Below, piece by piece: positions 37,156 to 46,222 of a DNA stretch of 64,000 nt (positions are counted from its first letter, which is position 1; every line of letters starts with the position of its first letter). The stretch spans positions 76,513-140,512 of the forward strand of contig DATGIT010000010.1 of the NCBI GenBank assembly GCA_035295545.1, in the 5' to 3' direction. The stretch is from Candidatus Binataceae bacterium. Its GTDB lineage: Bacteria; Desulfobacterota; Binatia; Binatales; Binataceae. The notes beneath the pieces are model-generated. The model was not told the DNA's origin. It did no database searches and saw only the letters and a list, made by a program, of their open reading frames with translations. Both the position numbers and the translations under genes were made by a program.

Positions 37156-37971
37156 ATGACAGAATCGATAAATCGAGGCGCTTACCGGGTCTACCTCGAC
37201 TTCCTCGAGACCGCGGAAAGAAAGCGACGCTGGAACATCTTCGACGATGTCCCATGGGACCGGCTGGACGCGGCGACAACGACCGAAGGCAGCGCCCAGT
37301 GCGTCGAGATTTTCTGTGCCGAGGAGCTCTACCTTCCGGACTACAGCGCAAAGGGTCTCGAACTCGTTCGTTCGAGATTCGGCATGGCCTGGTTCCAGAC
37401 TTGTTGGGCGTTCGAGGAGTCCAGGCATGGCCTGGTCTTTCGCGAGTACCTGACCCGTTCGGGCCTGCGATCGGAAGCCGAGGTCGAGGCCCTCGAGGCG
37501 AGCGTATTCGCCAAAACCTGGACACTACCGTTCGAAACCTGGCGCCAGATGGCATGCTACGGAGCTCTCCAGGAAGCCGTCACCTACGTTGCCTACAGGC
37601 TGCAGAGGGACAAGGCGCGCAGCGCGGGCGACACCGTGCTCGAGACGATCTTTCACTTGGTCGGGCGCGATGAAGCCGCGCACGCGGGATTCTACCGGGC
37701 CATCATCGGACTGGAACTCGCGCAGGACCGAGCAGCAACGATTGCCGACCTGGCGCACGTTCTTTCGTGCTTCAAAATGCCCGGCGACGGGCTCATCGCA
37801 GACTATCAACAACGGCTGCGAACGTCCGGAAGCGGGATAAGTCCCCGCGCGTTCATCGAACGCGTGGTCTCGCCGCTGTTGATCGCATTGCAGATAAGCC
37901 GCAGGGAATTCAAGCAAGCGCTGGGCACGCGCAGGGCGGATACCCGGATTGATTCGGCCGCCGCTCCCTGA
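37156..37971 (+). CDS. Soluble diiron acyl-ACP desaturase-like protein (ferritin-like)
   Basis: ATG at 37156 (MTESINRGAYRVYLDF...). Diiron ExxH motifs (EESRHG, DEAAHAG). The upstream part of the track ORF overlaps the membrane desaturase. Confidence 0.7.
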   Translation: MTESINRGAYRVYLDFLETAERKRRWNIFDDVPWDRLDAATTTEGSAQCVEIFCAEELYLPDYSAKGLELVRSRFGMAWFQTCWAFEESRHGLVFREYLTRSGLRSEAEVEALEASVFAKTWTLPFETWRQMACYGALQEAVTYVAYRLQRDKARSAGDTVLETIFHLVGRDEAAHAGFYRAIIGLELAQDRAATIADLAHVLSCFKMPGDGLIADYQQRLRTSGSGISPRAFIERVVSPLLIALQISRREFKQALGTRRADTRIDSAAAP

Positions 37972-38061
37972 TCGGCTTATCCAACGGGTTTGCCGCACCT
38001 GAAGCGTTCGGGGTTCCAACCGGCGCTTCGCGCCCGTCGCGGCTTCTGAAATAATTGTCGC

Positions 38062-39117
38062 GTGGCAAGATCGGCAAGCGTGGAGGCGGCGCTGGATGCG
38101 CTGCGGCGCGTGAACTATCCCGGCTACGCGACCGACGTCGTGTCGCTCGGCATCATCGAGGCGCTCGAACCGCTCGAAGCGCAAAGCGGCTTCGCCGTGA
38201 TCGTGCGGCAGGCATCCGCCAACGAGCGCGTGACGCACGAGCTGGCGAGCGCGATCGGCGCCGCGCTCAAGCGCGAACTCGGCGTGGCGCGCGTCGAGAT
38301 CAAGCTGCGCAAGCTCGAGGCCGAGCTGGGGGAAAAGACCGGACGCGTGCGTCTGCAGGGCACGCGCTACGTGGTCGCGGTGCTGAGCGGCAAGGGCGGC
38401 GTCGGCAAATCGACCGTCGCGGTCAACCTGGCCATGGCCCTGCATCGGCTCGGTATGTCCGTAGGGCTGATGGATGCCGATATTTATGGGCCGTCGGTGC
38501 CGCTGATGTTCGGTGCGGGCGGGGAGCGGCCGAAGAGCGCCGGCGGGCAGAATTTTTATCCGGTCGAGCGCTATGGCGTGAAGCTCATCTCGATGGGCTT
38601 TTTCCTCACCGACAAGTCACCGGTCATCTGGCGCGGCCCGATGGTGATGGGCGCGGTGCGCCAGTTCCTTACGGATACACTCTGGGGCACCCAGGATTTT
38701 CTCGTCGTGGACCTGCCTCCGGGCACCGGCGATGCACAGCTCACGCTCGCTCAGCAGGTGGCGCTGGACGGGGCCGTGATCGTGACCACGCCGCAGGATG
38801 TCGCCCTGCTGGACGCGGCGCGGGCGGTCAAAATGCTCAATCAGTTGCACTGCCCGTTGATCGGGGTGGTCGAGAACATGAGCGGCTTCGTCTGCCCCGA
38901 GTGCGGCGAACGCGACGAACTGTTCGGTTCCGGGGGCGGAGCGAAGCTCGCAATGGAGGAGAGCACGCGGCTGCTCGCGCGGATACCGATCGAGCTCGCG
39001 GTGCGCGAGGCGGGCGATGCGGGCAGGCCCATTGTGCTCACGAATCCCGAGCATCCGGCGAGCCACGCCTTCATGCAAGTGGCGCAAGCTGTCCTGGCCG
39101 CGATGCCCAAGGATTAG
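38062..39117 (+). CDS. apbC: Mrp/NBP35-family Fe-S cluster carrier ATPase
   Basis: Deviant Walker A (SGKGGVGKST), CxxC (CPECG), and N-terminal DUF59-like domain. Confidence 0.85.
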   Translation: MARSASVEAALDALRRVNYPGYATDVVSLGIIEALEPLEAQSGFAVIVRQASANERVTHELASAIGAALKRELGVARVEIKLRKLEAELGEKTGRVRLQGTRYVVAVLSGKGGVGKSTVAVNLAMALHRLGMSVGLMDADIYGPSVPLMFGAGGERPKSAGGQNFYPVERYGVKLISMGFFLTDKSPVIWRGPMVMGAVRQFLTDTLWGTQDFLVVDLPPGTGDAQLTLAQQVALDGAVIVTTPQDVALLDAARAVKMLNQLHCPLIGVVENMSGFVCPECGERDELFGSGGGAKLAMEESTRLLARIPIELAVREAGDAGRPIVLTNPEHPASHAFMQVAQAVLAAMPKD

Positions 39118-39536
39118 CGCGCGAAGCCGTCCGGCGGCAGGCGACGGTATGTCGCGCGCCGCCCGCAAATCGCGGTCTGTCGCGTGCGAAGAGCCCGCGT
39201 CGTCACTCATCGAGCAATTGCTGGAAGCGTGGCGCGCAGCGCGGGAGGCTGCGGCGGCCCGCTCGCAGTGAAAACCGGAAGCCATCATTGAGGGTCAGGT
39301 GATTACTGGCATGGGTTCGCGGCGCGGAGCTAAGATCGTTGAGTCCGAGACCCGCCAAGGGGCGCAAAGCGGCCCGTGGCGGCTGTGAGCAACCGGTTCC
39401 AGGCCAATTTACTTTGCTGCCGCGCTCCTATAAAAACTCAGGCACTATCAGTTCCGCTTATCTTTCGGGGCTGCACCGCGCGGGTCATCCCCGGACGATA
39501 CCTGCGCGCAACCGGGGGTGAATTGAGAAGAGGGAC

Positions 39537-40640
39537 ATGGCGAAGATTCGCGTAGCGATCGTTGGAGTGGGCAACTGCGCATCCTCTCTCCTCCAGGGAC
39601 TCGAGTTCTATAAGCATGCCCCGGCCAAGGCGCAGTCGAGCCCGGTCGGCCTGATGCATTACGACCTCGCCGGGTATAAGCCAGGCGATATCGAGGTCGC
39701 ATGCGCTTTTGACGTGGATTCGCGCAAGGTTGGTCGGCCGCTCGAGGACGCCTGCTTCGCGCCACCCAACAACACCATCACCATATGGCGCGATCTGCCG
39801 CGCTACGGCGTCACCGTCGAAATGGGCGAGATCCACGACGGCGTGGCCGAGCATATGTCTCAGTATCCGCCGGAATGGAGCTTCGTCCCGGCGCGCGAAC
39901 AGCCGGTCGATATCGAGCGGCGCCTGCGCGAGAGCGGGGCCGAGGTGATGCTGTGTTACCTTCCGGTCGGCAGTCAGAGGGCGGTCGAGCGCTATGCCCG
40001 CGCCTGTCTCACCACCGGGGTGAGCCTGCTCAACTGCATGCCGGTATTCATCGTCTCGAATGAAAAGTGGGCGGCCGAATTCACCGAACGCAAAATTCCG
40101 GTGATCGGCGACGACGTCAAGTCGCAGCTCGGCTCGACCATACTGCATCGCACGATCATGAAGCTGTTCGCCGATCGCGGAATCAAGGTGCGGCACACTT
40201 ACCAGCTCAACACCGGCGGCAATACCGACTTTCTCAACATGCTCGACCGCTCGCGCCTGGGTTCCAAGCGCAAGTCCAAGACTGAGGCGGTGCAGAGCGT
40301 GATGCCCGAGCGATTGCCCGACGCGGACGTGCATATCGGACCGTCGGATTTCGTGGCCTGGCAGCGCGACAACAAGGTCTGCTTTCTGCGCATCGAGGGC
40401 GAAGGCTTCGCCGGCATCCCGATCGAGCTGGAGCTTCGGATGTCGGTGCAGGACTCGCCCAATTCGGGCGGGGTCGTGATCGACGGGATTCGCTGCCTCA
40501 AGCTCGCGCGCGATCGTAAGATCGGCGGGCCGCTGTATTCGATCGCCGCCTACACGATGAAGCATCCGCCGCGTCAGATTCCCGACGATATCGCGCGCGA
40601 GCGTGTCGAGAAATTCATCAGCGGCGAGATCGAACGCTAG
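39537..40640 (+). CDS. myo-Inositol-3-phosphate synthase
   Basis: N-terminal Rossmann (IRVAIVGVGNCASSLLQG) and conserved MIPS catalytic region. 367 aa, prokaryotic type. Confidence 0.85.
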   Translation: MAKIRVAIVGVGNCASSLLQGLEFYKHAPAKAQSSPVGLMHYDLAGYKPGDIEVACAFDVDSRKVGRPLEDACFAPPNNTITIWRDLPRYGVTVEMGEIHDGVAEHMSQYPPEWSFVPAREQPVDIERRLRESGAEVMLCYLPVGSQRAVERYARACLTTGVSLLNCMPVFIVSNEKWAAEFTERKIPVIGDDVKSQLGSTILHRTIMKLFADRGIKVRHTYQLNTGGNTDFLNMLDRSRLGSKRKSKTEAVQSVMPERLPDADVHIGPSDFVAWQRDNKVCFLRIEGEGFAGIPIELELRMSVQDSPNSGGVVIDGIRCLKLARDRKIGGPLYSIAAYTMKHPPRQIPDDIARERVEKFISGEIER

Positions 40641-40727
40641 CCGCCGTCCGCAGCCGGGCGCCGGTGTCGGCGCTTGCGCGCCACCCCCTTTCTCCGCGGT
40701 GCAGCGGCGCCGTAGAATCGGTCCACG

Positions 40728-41960
40728 ATGGGCGCGCTCAAGGACAAGACGATCGTAGTGGGCGTATGCGGCGGTATCGCCGCCTACAAAGCCGCCGAAC
40801 TCGTGCGTTTGCTGGTCAGCGAGCAGGCACGGGTGCGCGTGATGATGTCGCGCAATGCCGCGCAGTTCATCACGCCACTCACGCTGCAGACGCTGAGCGC
40901 CAATCCGGTTGCGACCGACACCTTCAGCCTCACCGAGGAATCCGAAATCGGCCATATCCGCCTCGCCGACAGCGCCGACGCGATCGTGATCGCGCCGGCG
41001 TCCGCCGACGTGATTGCCAAGGCCGCAACCGGCATCGCCGACGACCTTCTCACCACTGTGTTGCTGGCGGCGCAATGTCCGATCGCCTTTGCGCCGGCGA
41101 TGAACGTGCACATGTACGCCCATCCGACCGTGGTCGAAAACCTGGCCCGGCTGCGCTCGCGCGGGGTGACGGTTGTCGAGCCCGCCTCGGGCGATCTCGC
41201 GTGCGGCTATCAGGGCAAGGGGCGCTTGCCCGAACCGGCGGCGATCGTCGAGGAACTGCAGCGGATGCTCTCGGCGCGCGACCTTGGCGCCGAGCGCATC
41301 CTGGTGACGGCGGGCCCGACACAGGAGATGATCGACCCGGTGCGCTTCGTCTCGAATCGATCGACCGGCAAGATGGGCTTCGCGATCGCGCGCGCGGCGT
41401 GGCGGCGCGGCGCGAGTGTCAGGCTCATCGCCGGCCCGTCGCCGCTCGCAACGCCGCACGGCGTCGAGCGCATCGATACGGTGAGCGCGGCCGAGATGCT
41501 GAACGCGACCGCGCGCAATTTTCCCTGGAGTACGGCGCTGGTGATGGCGGCGGCGGTGGCGGACTTCCGCCCGCGCACGCCAGCGGCGCACAAGATCAAG
41601 AAAAACGCGCGCGGGATGACGCTCGAGCTCGAGGGTATCGCGGATGAAATGCCGCGGCTGAGCGCGCGCAAGGGCTCGCGCATCGTGATCGGCTTTGCCG
41701 CCGAGACCCAGGGCCTCGAGGAAAACGCCGCCGAAAAGCTACGCCGCAAGCGGCTGGATTTCATAGTGGCCAACGACGTCTCACGTGCCGACGCCGGCTT
41801 CGCCGTGGACACCAACGTGGTCACGATCGTCGGCGAAGACGGCCGCGCGGTCGAGCATCCCAAGCTCAGCAAGGACGAGGTCGCCGACGTCATCCTCGAT
41901 CGGCTGCTGGCCGTGCGCGCAGCCAAGGCCGGCCGCCGCGCGCTGCGCGCCGTGCGCTAG
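40728..41960 (+). CDS. coaBC: Bifunctional phosphopantothenoylcysteine decarboxylase / phosphopantothenate-cysteine ligase
   Basis: Flavoprotein domain (VGVCGGIAAYKAAELVRLL) plus DFP CTP-dependent ligase domain. 410 aa. Confidence 0.9.
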   Translation: MGALKDKTIVVGVCGGIAAYKAAELVRLLVSEQARVRVMMSRNAAQFITPLTLQTLSANPVATDTFSLTEESEIGHIRLADSADAIVIAPASADVIAKAATGIADDLLTTVLLAAQCPIAFAPAMNVHMYAHPTVVENLARLRSRGVTVVEPASGDLACGYQGKGRLPEPAAIVEELQRMLSARDLGAERILVTAGPTQEMIDPVRFVSNRSTGKMGFAIARAAWRRGASVRLIAGPSPLATPHGVERIDTVSAAEMLNATARNFPWSTALVMAAAVADFRPRTPAAHKIKKNARGMTLELEGIADEMPRLSARKGSRIVIGFAAETQGLEENAAEKLRRKRLDFIVANDVSRADAGFAVDTNVVTIVGEDGRAVEHPKLSKDEVADVILDRLLAVRAAKAGRRALRAVR

Positions 41961-42023
41961 AAAAAGCGCGCGGGACGGGGCTGCATTGGCCGCCGTCCCG
42001 CGCTGGTCCCCCACAGACGCTGT

Positions 42024-43034
42024 TTAGAGCTTCGGTCCGATCTCTTTGCCGAAGGTGTGAATCGCCTGCTTGGTGCGCTCGTGCGAGGGGCCGCCCGGAT
42101 GGCGCATGCGCAGCACCAGGTAGTCCGGTTGCACTTCGCGCTGCCACATCTGCAGTTGTTCAAGGCAATCGCTGGGCGAGCCGACGATGAGCCGGTTGGG
42201 CGCGGCCACGTCGATCGTCCACTGGTCTTCGGACTTGACCTTGGCCAGCACCTCGTCGGGCGCGTAGCCGTTGTTGCGGTAGTAGAACTTGTGCGTGTAC
42301 ATCAGCGGACCGCTCTCGCGCCGCGCCGCGTCCATCGTTTCCGCCACCATCATGTCGCGCATCAGGACCAGGTACGGCTTCTTGCCGTGCTTTTTGCACT
42401 CGGCACGGTAGAGATCGGCGAAGCGCTTGATCACCTTCACATGTTCAAGCGGTGAAGTGATCCAGGCGTCGGCGATTCTCGCCACGCGCTTGATTCCCAC
42501 GTCGCTCCACGCGGCCATCCAGATCGGCGGCCGTGGCTTCTGCAGCGGCTTGGGCGTGATCATGACGTTGTCGAGCTGGTAGAACTTGCCGCTGTAGGAG
42601 AAGCGCTCCTGCTCCCAGCAGCGCTTGAGCACCTCGACGCCTTCCTCGCTGCGGCCAGCGCGCTCCTTGATCGAGAGCCCGAAGGCGCTGAAGTCGCGCT
42701 CCTGGTAACCGACGCCGACGCTCAGGATCATGCGGCCGCCGGTTATCTGATCGACGATCGCGGCATCTTCGGCCGCATGCACCGGATGCCACAGCGGGAT
42801 CAGCGTGACGCAGGTGCCGACCTTGATCTTTTTGGTGCACACCCCGACCATCCCGGCCATCAGGATGACGTTGGGGATGTAGCAGTCTTCCTGCTGATGG
42901 TGTTCGCTGAACAGGCAGCTGTCGAAGCCGCTTTCCTCGGCGACCTGCGCCTCGACGATAGCCTCGCGCAGCACGCCGCCGATGTTCGCGCCGTTGGGCG
43001 GGTCCTGGGTACACGGAAAATAGCCGACCTTCAT
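42024..43034 (-). CDS. LLM-class flavin-dependent oxidoreductase
   Basis: Luciferase-like TIM barrel throughout. 336 aa. Confidence 0.75.
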   Translation of the reverse strand: MKVGYFPCTQDPPNGANIGGVLREAIVEAQVAEESGFDSCLFSEHHQQEDCYIPNVILMAGMVGVCTKKIKVGTCVTLIPLWHPVHAAEDAAIVDQITGGRMILSVGVGYQERDFSAFGLSIKERAGRSEEGVEVLKRCWEQERFSYSGKFYQLDNVMITPKPLQKPRPPIWMAAWSDVGIKRVARIADAWITSPLEHVKVIKRFADLYRAECKKHGKKPYLVLMRDMMVAETMDAARRESGPLMYTHKFYYRNNGYAPDEVLAKVKSEDQWTIDVAAPNRLIVGSPSDCLEQLQMWQREVQPDYLVLRMRHPGGPSHERTKQAIHTFGKEIGPKL

Positions 43035-43135
43035 TGATGTTCCTCCCCAAGCTTGCTTACGAGTTTAGGTGCTCCAGTGCGGCTCGAATGTCAAATTCCG
43101 ACGTGAGCCGGCCGTGTCAGCCGCGCCTTCGGCCC

Positions 43136-44362
43136 CTACTTGTTTTCCGCATAGAGAATCCCCGCGCTCCTGAGCTTTGCGACCTCCGACTCGCTCATGC
43201 CGAGCTGCTCGCGCAGAATCTCGCCGCCGTGTTCGCCGAGCAAGGGCGCCTGCAGGTTGAGTTCTTCGGGAAAGGCCGAGAACTTGAGCGGGAAGCCGGG
43301 AATCATCACCTCGCCCAGGATGCGGTCGGGGACCTTGCGGATCATGTTGCGCGCCTTGTAGTGCGGATGGCTCACGGTATCCACCACGGTCATCACCGGC
43401 GCGGCGGCGACGCGATGCTCTTCGAGAATCTTCAAGACCGCTTCGTCCGAGGGCTGCGCCTGCATCCATTTTTCGACCAGCGCGGCGAGCTCGAAGCGAT
43501 TCTTCGCGCGATCGCGCATCGTTGCGAACCGCGGATCCTCTATCAGTTCGGGCTGGCCCATAGCTCGCGCCATCGCCGGCCACTGCCGATCCAGCACGAG
43601 GACGACGATGTAGCCCTGTGGGCCCTTGAATGACCCGCATGGACTGACCAGTTCGTGCTGCGAGCCCATCCGCTTGGGCACGAACTCGCCGTTGGTTGTT
43701 GACCATACCTGAATGTTGGCTTCGTGCATGTGATAGAGCGTGTCGACCATGGCGATGTCGATGTACTGGCCGACGCCGCTGCGCTCGCGATAAAAGAGCG
43801 CGTAGCCGATGGCCGAGAAGGCATGCACGCCGGCCGACTGATCGCCGATGCCCAGACCGACGAACATCGGCGGCCCGTTCGGGTCGCCCGTCATGTGCAT
43901 CAGTCCTGAGAATGCCTGTGCGATGAAATCGTAGCCGACCTTGTGCGAAAGCGGCCCCTTGCGGCCGAAGGCCGAGATCGACGCCATGATGAGGCGCGGG
44001 TTGAGCCGGCTTAGCGAGGCGTAATCGAGCCCGCGCTTTTCCATCACGCCTGGACCGTAGTTCTCGACTACGATGTCGGCTTTTTTAGCGAGTTCGCGGA
44101 TAAGGTCGAGCGACTCGCGCTTCGAGAAGTCCACGCAGAGGCTGCGCTTGCCGCGGTTCTGCTGGACGAAATAGGCGCTGCGGCCGTCGCGCACCGCCGG
44201 CAGCAGCCGCGCCGGGTCGCCCATCGGCGCCTGCTCGACCTTGACGATGTTCGCGCCCATCTCGGCCATGAAGCGCGTTACCGTTGGACCGGCCAGGTAT
44301 TGCGTGAAATCCAGCACGCGTATGCCGGACAGCATGTGAGGCGAAGTATTTTCGCTTGTCAT
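43136..44362 (-). CDS. CoA-transferase family III (CaiB/BaiF) protein
   Basis: ATG at 44362 (MTSENTSPHMLSGIRVLDFTQYLAGP...), 408 aa. The track ORF N-terminal extension is rejected. Confidence 0.8.
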   Translation of the reverse strand: MTSENTSPHMLSGIRVLDFTQYLAGPTVTRFMAEMGANIVKVEQAPMGDPARLLPAVRDGRSAYFVQQNRGKRSLCVDFSKRESLDLIRELAKKADIVVENYGPGVMEKRGLDYASLSRLNPRLIMASISAFGRKGPLSHKVGYDFIAQAFSGLMHMTGDPNGPPMFVGLGIGDQSAGVHAFSAIGYALFYRERSGVGQYIDIAMVDTLYHMHEANIQVWSTTNGEFVPKRMGSQHELVSPCGSFKGPQGYIVVLVLDRQWPAMARAMGQPELIEDPRFATMRDRAKNRFELAALVEKWMQAQPSDEAVLKILEEHRVAAAPVMTVVDTVSHPHYKARNMIRKVPDRILGEVMIPGFPLKFSAFPEELNLQAPLLGEHGGEILREQLGMSESEVAKLRSAGILYAENK

Positions 44363-44453
44363 CGTGGATCCCCTGCCGGAACTGATGCCGCGTCGCCGTG
44401 ATAACACCGAACGCGCGCATCTCACAAGCGCTCGGATCCGCGGCGAACGAGAA

Positions 44454-45359
44454 CTACGAAGGCTCGGTGGGACCGCCGAAAGGCACCTGGCGCAGATGCG
44501 TCTGAAGTTCTTCGACCGTGGAGTTTGCGAGCTGGCGGGCGGCGCGCCCGGTCTCGGGACCCATCCGCGCCAGGCGTTGCAAGGTGCGCCGCGCGCGCTG
44601 AGCATTGCGCAGCGCCCGCTGACCCATGGGGTCAAAGCGGCAGGCCGGCGCCTCGTCGCCGTCGCGCAACAGGCCGTCGATGGCCGAGCAGGACGCGGTA
44701 CAGAAGACCTCGACGTCCTGGCGATCGCTCGCCTTGACGCGGCCGATCGCGGCGACCACGCGGTGCCATTCGCGGATCCGACGCATCCCGCCCTCGAAGA
44801 TCCGTTTCTGGGCGCGGAACGGCAGCAGGGGTGAGTCGATCTGACCGCGCAGCTTGCGGTCGAGGCCGCGGAAGTCGAGCCCCATCAGTCTGAGCAGGGT
44901 TTCGCGATGCATCGCGTCCTGCATCGAATCGAAGCGCGCCTCGCTCAGGATATGGCTGGCGATGGCCGAGTTGAAGCGGCCGATCCAGCGCGTCGGCAGG
45001 TAGAAGTTATGCGCGACGACGTCGGCGCCCAGATGCGCCAGGTAGCCGAGCGCGAACGCCTGCTCTTCGCTGCCGCGCGCCGCGCTCAGCAGGCCGAAGC
45101 CGGTTGACCAGTTGTGCGAATGCCGCCGCAAGCGGCTTTGCAGGCGCCTTCCCTGTACAATATCCGGCGCGAGCGAGCCGTACAGGAACGCATCGGGCAT
45201 CGCCAGCAGGATGGCTTGAAGCGGCTCTTCCAGGGTGCTAACGCTCGCAAGCACCTGCGCGCCGAGGGCGATATGCGTGACCGGGCCCCAGGCGAATGCC
45301 GGCGGCGCGCTAAGCGCGATGAAAGCGATTACGAAGCCGATCACACCTGCCAACAGCAT
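44454..45359 (-). CDS. Secreted zinc-dependent phospholipase C / P1-nuclease-like protein
   Basis: Signal peptide cleaved before a Trp (AFA|WGPVTHIALG). This matches the N-terminal Trp/His zinc ligands of Zn-PLC family enzymes. His-rich metal site (HLGADVVAHNFY). Confidence 0.55.
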   Translation of the reverse strand: MLLAGVIGFVIAFIALSAPPAFAWGPVTHIALGAQVLASVSTLEEPLQAILLAMPDAFLYGSLAPDIVQGRRLQSRLRRHSHNWSTGFGLLSAARGSEEQAFALGYLAHLGADVVAHNFYLPTRWIGRFNSAIASHILSEARFDSMQDAMHRETLLRLMGLDFRGLDRKLRGQIDSPLLPFRAQKRIFEGGMRRIREWHRVVAAIGRVKASDRQDVEVFCTASCSAIDGLLRDGDEAPACRFDPMGQRALRNAQRARRTLQRLARMGPETGRAARQLANSTVEELQTHLRQVPFGGPTEPS

Positions 45360-45361
45360 AA

Positions 45362-46222
45362 ATGCGCCCGGCGGCGCGCTCGGGCGTTCCGCTTGATGTT
45401 ATGAGCCGCGACCTGAGCGCGCCAGAGCACCGCCGCCTGATGCTCGATTCAGTGCGTGACTACCTGGACCAGCTTGCCGAAGAGGGGCTGGAGGGGCTGC
45501 CCGCGGAGAGGAGCAGGGGCGCGAGCCAGGTGGCCGCCGCCACAGTCGTCCCTTGCGCCTCCGATGTTCTGCCCGCGAGGCTTGCGCCCCGGCCTGCGCC
45601 GGCGCCGGTCGAACCGTTTTCGGCCTATCCGGGGCTCGAGAAGACCGCGACGCTGCCGGAGCTGGGCAGCTTCATCGGCGACTGCAAGCGATGCAAGCTT
45701 GCGCCGCTGCGGACTAATCTTGTGTTCGGCGTCGGCAATCCCGAGGCCGACCTGATGTTCGTCGGCGAGGCGCCCGGCGCCGACGAGGACGCGCGCGGCG
45801 AACCGTTCGTCGGCCGGGCGGGCCAGTTGCTGACGGATATCATCGAGCGCGGGATGGGACTGCGGCGCGCCGACGTTTATATCTGCAACGTGATCAAGTG
45901 CCGCCCGCCGGACAATCGAAATCCCGAGCCGGACGAGGTCGCAAGCTGCGAGCCGTTCCTGATGCGGCAGATCGATCTCGTACGTCCGCGCGCGATCGTC
46001 GCGCTCGGCACCTTCGCGGTACAGGCGTTGCTCAAGGTGAAGACGCCGATCAGCCGGCTGCGCGGCAACTGGCAGGAGTACCGCGGGATCAAGCTGATGC
46101 CGACGTTTCATCCGGCGTACCTGCTGCGCAGCCCCGGCGAGAAGCGGCTCGTGTGGCTGGATATTCAGGAAGTGATGAAGCTGCTCGGGATTCCGCTGCC
46201 CGCGCGCGGCAGCTCGCGATGA
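45362..46222 (+). CDS. Uracil-DNA glycosylase, family 4
   Basis: GDCKRCKL...LVFGVGNPEADLMFVGEAPGADED, and HPAYLLR at the C-terminus. About 100-aa N-terminal extension; start may be the internal Met at 45401. Confidence 0.8.
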   Translation: MRPAARSGVPLDVMSRDLSAPEHRRLMLDSVRDYLDQLAEEGLEGLPAERSRGASQVAAATVVPCASDVLPARLAPRPAPAPVEPFSAYPGLEKTATLPELGSFIGDCKRCKLAPLRTNLVFGVGNPEADLMFVGEAPGADEDARGEPFVGRAGQLLTDIIERGMGLRRADVYICNVIKCRPPDNRNPEPDEVASCEPFLMRQIDLVRPRAIVALGTFAVQALLKVKTPISRLRGNWQEYRGIKLMPTFHPAYLLRSPGEKRLVWLDIQEVMKLLGIPLPARGSSR

